Of a stretch of DNA of 32,000 nucleotides, positions 26,365 through 32,000 are shown piece after piece; position 1 is the stretch's first letter, and each line of letters starts with the position of its first letter. The stretch is taken from assembly GCA_046497275.1 (NCBI GenBank), contig JAWOFX010000096.1:1-32000 (forward strand), read 5' to 3'. Below the pieces are notes generated by a model. That model ran no database searches and had not been told where the DNA came from. It saw only the letters and a list, made by a program, of their open reading frames with translations. A program made the position numbers and the translations under genes. The stretch comes from Promethearchaeia archaeon (GTDB taxonomy: Archaea > Asgardarchaeota > Lokiarchaeia > Sigyniarchaeales > SOKP01).

Positions 26365-26683
26365 GATTATATTTCAATCGAATCGTATTCGTTATTTTAA
26401 ATGGTATAATTAAATACTTACAAATAGATATTAACAAATGCGATTATAAAATACTTCTTTTTACATGTTTAGATTAATATCAATTTTATATATTTTAAAT
26501 AAAGATGTGGTTCTTATCCTTATTGAAATAAAAAATGAAAAAAACAATTTATTCTTAATTATAAAAGATAAGCGAGATCTTAGTCCTTATTTTCTCATTT
26601 TTTTTAAAATTCCATATTCAACAAAAAAGTTATTATTAAATATTAATTTTTTAATATATTCAAACGAGCTAAGCGTGAAAATT

Positions 26684-27484
26684 ATGAATTTAGGAAAAAA
26701 CATAAGAATTGAAAGAATAATTGATAGAGAATCGAGAAGAACAATAATTATACCTATGGATCATGGAATGAGTGTCGGTACCATAAAAGGACTGGAGGAT
26801 ATGGCTTCTGTGGTTGATAAAGTTGCTCTTGGGGGGGCGAATGCGGTTCTTGAACATTCAGGTATGGTAGGTGCCGGACATCGACAATATGGTAAAGATA
26901 TAGGCTTAATAATACATTTATCTGGAGCAACAAAATTAGCCCCTGATCCAAATAAAAAAGTGCTTGTTTGTAGTGTTGAAAGAGCGTTAAAAATGGGCGC
27001 AGATGCAGTTTCCATTCATATAAATATTGGTGCAGATGATGAACCTGAAATGCTTGAAGACGCTAAACAAGTTGTTGAATCGTGCAGAGAATGGGGAGTG
27101 CCATTATTAGCCATGATGTACCCTAGAGGACGAAAAATAGAAGATGAGAATGATCCAGAAGTTGTAAATATTGCTGTGCGTGTTGGCGCTGAAATAGGTG
27201 CAGATATTGTTAAAACAAATTATACTGGAGATATTGATTCTTTCAAATATATTGTCAAGGGCGTTCATATTCCAGTAATAATAGCAGGTGGACCTAAAAT
27301 GGATACTACAGAAGAATTATTACAAATGGTTTATGATTCAATACAAGCAGGTGGTACTGGGGTAGCATTTGGCAGAAATGTATTTCAAGCAACAGATCCA
27401 ACCAACTTAGTAAGAGCCATTTCGGAAATCGTCCATAAAAACCACACAATAGAAGAAATTATGAAAAATCATACATTTGGTTAA
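26684..27484 (+). CDS. aroA': 2-amino-3,7-dideoxy-D-threo-hept-6-ulosonate (ADH) synthase / DhnA-type class I aldolase
   Basis: [52 protein letters not shown] (Schiff-base Lys), AGGPK, GRNVFQ, close to the MJ0400 pattern. Start reassigned to ATG 26684, with a TATA-like tract about 30 bp upstream. Confidence 0.8.
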   Translation: MNLGKNIRIERIIDRESRRTIIIPMDHGMSVGTIKGLEDMASVVDKVALGGANAVLEHSGMVGAGHRQYGKDIGLIIHLSGATKLAPDPNKKVLVCSVERALKMGADAVSIHINIGADDEPEMLEDAKQVVESCREWGVPLLAMMYPRGRKIEDENDPEVVNIAVRVGAEIGADIVKTNYTGDIDSFKYIVKGVHIPVIIAGGPKMDTTEELLQMVYDSIQAGGTGVAFGRNVFQATDPTNLVRAISEIVHKNHTIEEIMKNHTFG

Positions 27485-27596
27485 GATCTATATTATTTTT
27501 TGCTAAATCAAGAAGATATGTTATTATAATAATTCCATAGATAAACTATACAAAAATTTAGGAAGATATATAACATAAAAAAAATCAATTAGACTA

Positions 27597-28901
27597 ATGG
27601 AAAAACATAAAATATTTCCTTTACTTTTAAATAAGCTTAACAATTTCGAAGAGATTAAAAATAAGTCAGCAAATAATATTGAAAATGACTTAGATCATAA
27701 TGGATTGAAAATAATTATTAGTTTTAAAACAATTGAAGAGAGAGAAAAATTTTTATCAGAAATGAAAAATTTCCAAATTTTAGATAAATTTGATCTGATT
27801 CCATCAATTTCCACTCAAACTTCTTTAAAAGAAATAAAACGGCTCTCTAAGAATGAATTAGTCTCCCAAATAGAAGAGGATCAAAAACTCTTTACGTCGA
27901 GTTATGAAATATTAGATTTTTTGAATCTAAATGAATATAAAAGATCTCAATTAAATTATACTGGAAAAGGTATCAATATTGGGATAATCGATACAATCAT
28001 TCAAAGTTATTATCAAAGCTTTTATCGTACGGGTATTGATGGAAATTATATAGTTTTCGAGAAAAATGAAAAGAAAGAATTGAAAAAAAGAGAAAAAATC
28101 TCACACGGTACTTTAAGCGCAAATTTGATTATAAATCAACTTAAAGACAAGGAGGATTTTAGGTTAGGAATCGCTCCTGATGTTCATTTGTACGATCTAA
28201 GTCTCTATAAAAAAGAAAATTTTTATTTTTCTGATATTCTTCACCAACTTGACAAAATTAGAACCCAAAAATTCCCGATAGATATTCTTTTAATTAATTT
28301 TTCTACTTCTGAAGCATCTGATGGAAATGATATATTATCAAATGCTTGCAACGAATTAAGTAAAAAAGAAGAGATAATAATAGTTGTCCCTGCTGGAAAT
28401 TCTGGATTAAAACTAAATACAATAGGTAGTCCTGGAGCATCTTCAGAAGTTATTACTGTTGGAAGTATAGATTATAGTGGTAAAATCTCTAATTTTTCAA
28501 GAAAAAATATATCTATTAATAATGGGGTTAAACCAGATATGTTTTTTCCAGGTTCAAAAATTCAAATTAAATTGGAAAAGAATTTCAATCTTGAAGTATC
28601 GGGAACTAGTTTTTCAGCAGCAATTGCTACAGGTTTTATAGCATTATTGAAAGAATATGATAATACTCTAACAAGTGAAGAAATAAAAAAGAAATTTAAT
28701 CAATACTATAATATTTTTGGAAAAAATGTAAATGCAGTAAGATTTTTCAAATTAAATTCGCTTTTTTATCCCAATTTAGTTTCATATAGATATCTATTAA
28801 AAAGATCATTATGGGTTTCCCTTCAAATTCTAATAATCATAATTGTTTTATTTTTCTGGAAAGAGATATATCATTTAATTCGATTAATCTATGGATTTTA
28901 A
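27597..28901 (+). CDS. S8 (subtilisin-like) serine peptidase with prodomain and C-terminal membrane anchor
   Basis: IGIIDT (Asp), SHGT (His), VPAGNSG (oxyanion Asn), SGTSFS (Ser), KPDMFFPG, I9-like N-terminus, C-terminal hydrophobic helix. Confidence 0.88.
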   Translation: MEKHKIFPLLLNKLNNFEEIKNKSANNIENDLDHNGLKIIISFKTIEEREKFLSEMKNFQILDKFDLIPSISTQTSLKEIKRLSKNELVSQIEEDQKLFTSSYEILDFLNLNEYKRSQLNYTGKGINIGIIDTIIQSYYQSFYRTGIDGNYIVFEKNEKKELKKREKISHGTLSANLIINQLKDKEDFRLGIAPDVHLYDLSLYKKENFYFSDILHQLDKIRTQKFPIDILLINFSTSEASDGNDILSNACNELSKKEEIIIVVPAGNSGLKLNTIGSPGASSEVITVGSIDYSGKISNFSRKNISINNGVKPDMFFPGSKIQIKLEKNFNLEVSGTSFSAAIATGFIALLKEYDNTLTSEEIKKKFNQYYNIFGKNVNAVRFFKLNSLFYPNLVSYRYLLKRSLWVSLQILIIIIVLFFWKEIYHLIRLIYGF

Positions 28902-29019
28902 ATTATATTCAATAAAAAATTTAAAATTCTAATAATTTTTTCTTTTTAAGCCTTTAATCTGAAATTTAATTATCGAGATATTAATTACTTAAAATATAAT
29001 ATAATAATAAGGTAAGACT

Positions 29020-29772
29020 ATGGATAAAAATGAAACAGTTCACATAATTATTGATACTAGAGAGAATAAACTCATTAAAATTTTAGAAGAAAGTCATGAG
29101 TTTGTGGAATTAGAAATTAAACAGTTAGATATAGCAGATATCATTGTATCTAAAAATGTAGCTATTGAGAGAAAAGAGGGATCTGACTTTATTGCGTCTA
29201 TAATGGATAATCGACTGTTTGATCAGTTGATTAGATTAAAGGAAACTTATCCAAATCCCGTTCTTATTTTGGAAGGCTTAACTGATGAGATATTTGATAA
29301 TACAGGTATGAATATCAAATCCATATATGGTGCTCTTGCATTTATATCTTATAAATTAGGAATTGCAGTAATTCCGACTCGAAATTTAGATGATACTGCG
29401 ATAGTTATTGAAAGAATTGCTTACCGGGAGCAAATAAAAGATGAAATGCCTATTTTAAGCCGTTCAGCTCCAAAAAATATGGGAACGTTCGAAAGAAGAT
29501 GTTTTATCCTCGAAGGACTTTTAGATATTGGTCCTACAAAAGCAAAACAATTAATTGAACGTTTTGGAACGCCTTTTAGAGTTTTTGAAGCAATAAAGTT
29601 TACAAAAATTCTTTATACAAGTACAGGAAATCCAAAAGGGATTCAAGGACCTCTTGATACATTAAAAGGATTTGGATGGAAATTTTTAAAGAAGAATAAA
29701 CACCTAATTTTAGGTAAAGAAAAATCAGATGATAAAAAAATAGAGAAATCTGCGATCGATGATTATATTTAA
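29020..29772 (+). CDS. xpf: Short XPF/ERCC4-type structure-specific endonuclease with HhH motifs
   Basis: IIIDTRE, DIIVS..VAIERK..SDFIASIMDNRLFDQL, LILEG, HhH LDIGPTKAKQLIERFG. No helicase domain. Confidence 0.9.
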   Translation: MDKNETVHIIIDTRENKLIKILEESHEFVELEIKQLDIADIIVSKNVAIERKEGSDFIASIMDNRLFDQLIRLKETYPNPVLILEGLTDEIFDNTGMNIKSIYGALAFISYKLGIAVIPTRNLDDTAIVIERIAYREQIKDEMPILSRSAPKNMGTFERRCFILEGLLDIGPTKAKQLIERFGTPFRVFEAIKFTKILYTSTGNPKGIQGPLDTLKGFGWKFLKKNKHLILGKEKSDDKKIEKSAIDDYI

Positions 29773-29985
29773 AAGAAGATAGATCTATTTATAATAACTA
29801 AACGATAAAATTTGTTGATTGAAAAAAGCAAAAGAAAAAAATTATAAAAAGTTTTTATATCTTCTATATAAAATAATCTAAAATCCATAGAGTAATCATA
29901 TTAAATTATATATCTCCCAATTTTTGAAGTTATAAGTAAAATATTTACTCTTTTTCTTTAAATAGATATATTATATTTTGATAGT

Positions 29986-32000
29986 ATGAGTATTTTTAAT
30001 TATCTTAAAATAGATAAAATTTTTTACCCTGAATGTGGTTGCTCCTTTTCTTTGCGCGAACGACAAATAGAGATAGCAAACTTTTACTGTCCAGAATGTG
30101 GAAAAGATATTAATATTGAGGCTTATTTTAGAAAAAATGAAAGCGAGAATTCAATATTTAGCAATAAAAATTACTTATTGGATGATATTAACTATATATT
30201 TAATTTAAAAGAGAAGAAATTTACAGAAATAAAACATTCAAAAAAATTTTGTGCCAATGCGTCTAATAGAGATTCAAAGTTCTTTCCAAATATATCAGAT
30301 AATAAGAATTTGAATAAATTTGCTTTTAATGGTAAGGAGGATTATGCTAATTACCTAAATAATGAAATCATAAATCATCTTAATGAAAAATACAGTTTAG
30401 ATTCAAAATATGTCCCTACAATATGTGAACTCGTTAAGGAAGGCTATATTCAATTCATTAAGGCTTTTTATGAGAATGGGTTAAAATATTCAGAAATTAT
30501 AAGTAAACTTAACCTTAGCCAAAAAAGAGTATATCGAAAGAAATCGATTAAAAATCTAGCTAATGAATTAATACATATAACCCAATGTTTGCGTGAGGTC
30601 TTGGATCTAAAGTTTCATCAAGCACCGAACCCAAATCAATTAATAAATTTAGGTTATAGAGGCTTTGTGGTTTTTTTGCAGAAATATAATTTTAATTATG
30701 TTGATATTGTGAATGAAGCGGGGTTAGAATATAGAAATTGGAAATCAGATTTACTCAATTTTGAAGACATGTTAGAATTAGCAAGCGAAAAAGAAATTAT
30801 ATTTCCTTATACTCGTGAAACATTCGAAAAAATGATTAAAAATCGATCTACCTCTCCAAGTCATATTAAATTCAATTGGATTTGTCCGGATCATGGAGTT
30901 TGGAAAACAACTTACAATACTTTGATAAATACTAAATATGGATGCCCTGACTGTTATCGAGAATCATTGAGTCTAAAATATATGGATTGTGTTAAATTGG
31001 CTAAGTCTAAAGGAGCAATATTCGCGATGTCGAATGAAGAATTTGAAACCGCTAAATTTAAAGAAATTTTGGATTCTCAAAATGAAAAGAGAAAACCAAA
31101 AACAACTTCTAAAATTCCTCTTGTATGGGAATGCAAACAACATGGAAAATGGGAAACAACCTATAATGTATTAAAAAATACTGCTATAGGATGCCCCATT
31201 TGTGCTTTGGAAATTTGGAAGGAAAAGATTTCTATTTCATATGAAGATTATTATAAATTAGGTTTAGTGAGAGATGATTTGAATTGTGTCATAGATGAAG
31301 ATCTGTTTCAAGAGAGGATTTCTTCGACGGATACTCCCCCTAGCTTGGTTCATTTACCATGGAAATGTACTGCTAATCATAATCATGGTATTTGGTTAGC
31401 TCCATATTCTAGAATTAAACGAGGACATGGATGTCCTTACTGTCAAGAGAGAATTAGAGTGATAGGAATTTTGACACACCCAATTTTAGAATATTATTCT
31501 ATTAAATTTTTAAGATTGAAAAATTGTAATGTTAATTACGAAAGAGAAGTAATGGTCAAAGATGGATACCATCCCGATTTATTTATTAGCAGAGACTTAA
31601 AATTTATCAAAAAAATTGAAAAAAATCAGTATATTATACAATTCCCCGATCATATTAGCGAAATTTCGATTGATTTTACATTTTCTTTAGAGGATAAAAT
31701 AATCCTACAAAAATGTTTTAAGAATTATCAATCTAAGTTTAGATATCTTCTAATAATTCTGTTAAGAGAGAATGAATATGCTTCAAAAGATATTTTTCAA
31801 AATATAATTGATGTTAATGAAGAAATATTCATGCCCAAACACATTAAAGTTATAAATCTTAAGGATTATAAGGAATTCTTAATGCCCAAATTATTATGTA
31901 CTCCCAGAGAGATAGAGGTACTTAGTAAATTATCAAAAGCTCAAAAGTTAGGGATAGAAGCGATTAATTCAGATAAAAAATTTACTGAACTAATAATGCA
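29986..32000 (+). CDS. Large (>671 aa, 3'-truncated) modular protein: Zn ribbon, 2 helical repeats, 3 Zn-ribbon repeats, putative PD-(D/E)XK-like domain
   Basis: Hand-translated open frame from ATG 29986 to the window end, absent from the ORF track. FYCPECG; three W.C..HG.W...Y.....GCP.C units; YERE...HPDLFI...ISIDFT...KCFKNY. Confidence 0.88.
   Translation, partial: MSIFNYLKIDKIFYPECGCSFSLRERQIEIANFYCPECGKDINIEAYFRKNESENSIFSNKNYLLDDINYIFNLKEKKFTEIKHSKKFCANASNRDSKFFPNISDNKNLNKFAFNGKEDYANYLNNEIINHLNEKYSLDSKYVPTICELVKEGYIQFIKAFYENGLKYSEIISKLNLSQKRVYRKKSIKNLANELIHITQCLREVLDLKFHQAPNPNQLINLGYRGFVVFLQKYNFNYVDIVNEAGLEYRNWKSDLLNFEDMLELASEKEIIFPYTRETFEKMIKNRSTSPSHIKFNWICPDHGVWKTTYNTLINTKYGCPDCYRESLSLKYMDCVKLAKSKGAIFAMSNEEFETAKFKEILDSQNEKRKPKTTSKIPLVWECKQHGKWETTYNVLKNTAIGCPICALEIWKEKISISYEDYYKLGLVRDDLNCVIDEDLFQERISSTDTPPSLVHLPWKCTANHNHGIWLAPYSRIKRGHGCPYCQERIRVIGILTHPILEYYSIKFLRLKNCNVNYEREVMVKDGYHPDLFISRDLKFIKKIEKNQYIIQFPDHISEISIDFTFSLEDKIILQKCFKNYQSKFRYLLIILLRENEYASKDIFQNIIDVNEEIFMPKHIKVINLKDYKEFLMPKLLCTPREIEVLSKLSKAQKLGIEAINSDKKFTELIM

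Noticed and set aside
26465-26683. 73 aa N-terminal extension of the aldolase
   Set aside because: F/L/I/K/N-rich translation typical of AT-rich intergenic DNA; family similarity starts at Met 26684 and a TATA-like tract lies about 30 bp before it. The stop-free length is a little surprising, so it is not fully excluded.
16193-31174. Remaining short overlapping track ORFs (16193, 16595, 17608, 17887, 19101, 20157, 21078, 22002, 25608, 26102, 26754, 26761, 30989)
   Set aside because: Shadow ORFs. 30989..31174 is an off-frame ORF inside the real long gene starting at 29986.
1-32000. CRISPR arrays, tRNA/rRNA genes, IS elements, integrases, inteins
   Set aside because: No regularly spaced repeats, GC-rich structured RNA-like stretch, transposase/recombinase motifs or unexplained in-frame insertions with intein ends were seen by eye; tRNAscan/Infernal would be needed to exclude small RNAs.

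Overview
AT-rich, gene-dense chromosomal window that reads as archaeal. Inference: probably Asgard/Lokiarchaeia-like, from GGTGA/GAGGA ribosome-binding sites, TTTAWA TATA boxes, an MJ0400-type ADH synthase, a short XPF/ERCC4 nuclease, expanded acyl-CoA oxidation genes and paired GbsR/MarR-type regulators. Left to right: the 3' end of a single-pass membrane protein; GNAT; enoyl-CoA hydratase plus two 3-hydroxyacyl-CoA dehydrogenases; two M50/CBS site-2 proteases; a V4R-like protein; an unknown alpha/alpha-barrel-like protein; a membrane-anchored C13 (legumain/GPI8-like) peptidase with an inserted beta-sandwich; an ABC-2 exporter divergent from two wHTH regulators with a duplicated palindromic operator; NYN nuclease; LMW-PTP / ArsB-NhaD-type transporter / LMW-PTP; nadB; a His-rich MFS; a decayed second copy of the nadB 3' end; a zinc-ribbon membrane protein; a long tryptophanase; a UvrD helicase; ADH synthase; an S8 peptidase; XPF; and a >671 aa ORF absent from the ORF track that runs off the right edge. 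No rRNA, tRNA, CRISPR array, integrase or transposase was seen. Best leads: (1) a RadA/Rad51-like FxxA motif at the UvrD C-terminus; (2) the unlisted modular protein with 2 helical repeats, 3 Zn-ribbon repeats and a PD-(D/E)XK-like domain; (3) the nadB / MFS / nadB-remnant insertion scar; (4) the C13 peptidase with a domain insertion; (5) the operator between back-to-back TATA boxes. All family assignments are by eye from motifs; no searches were run.
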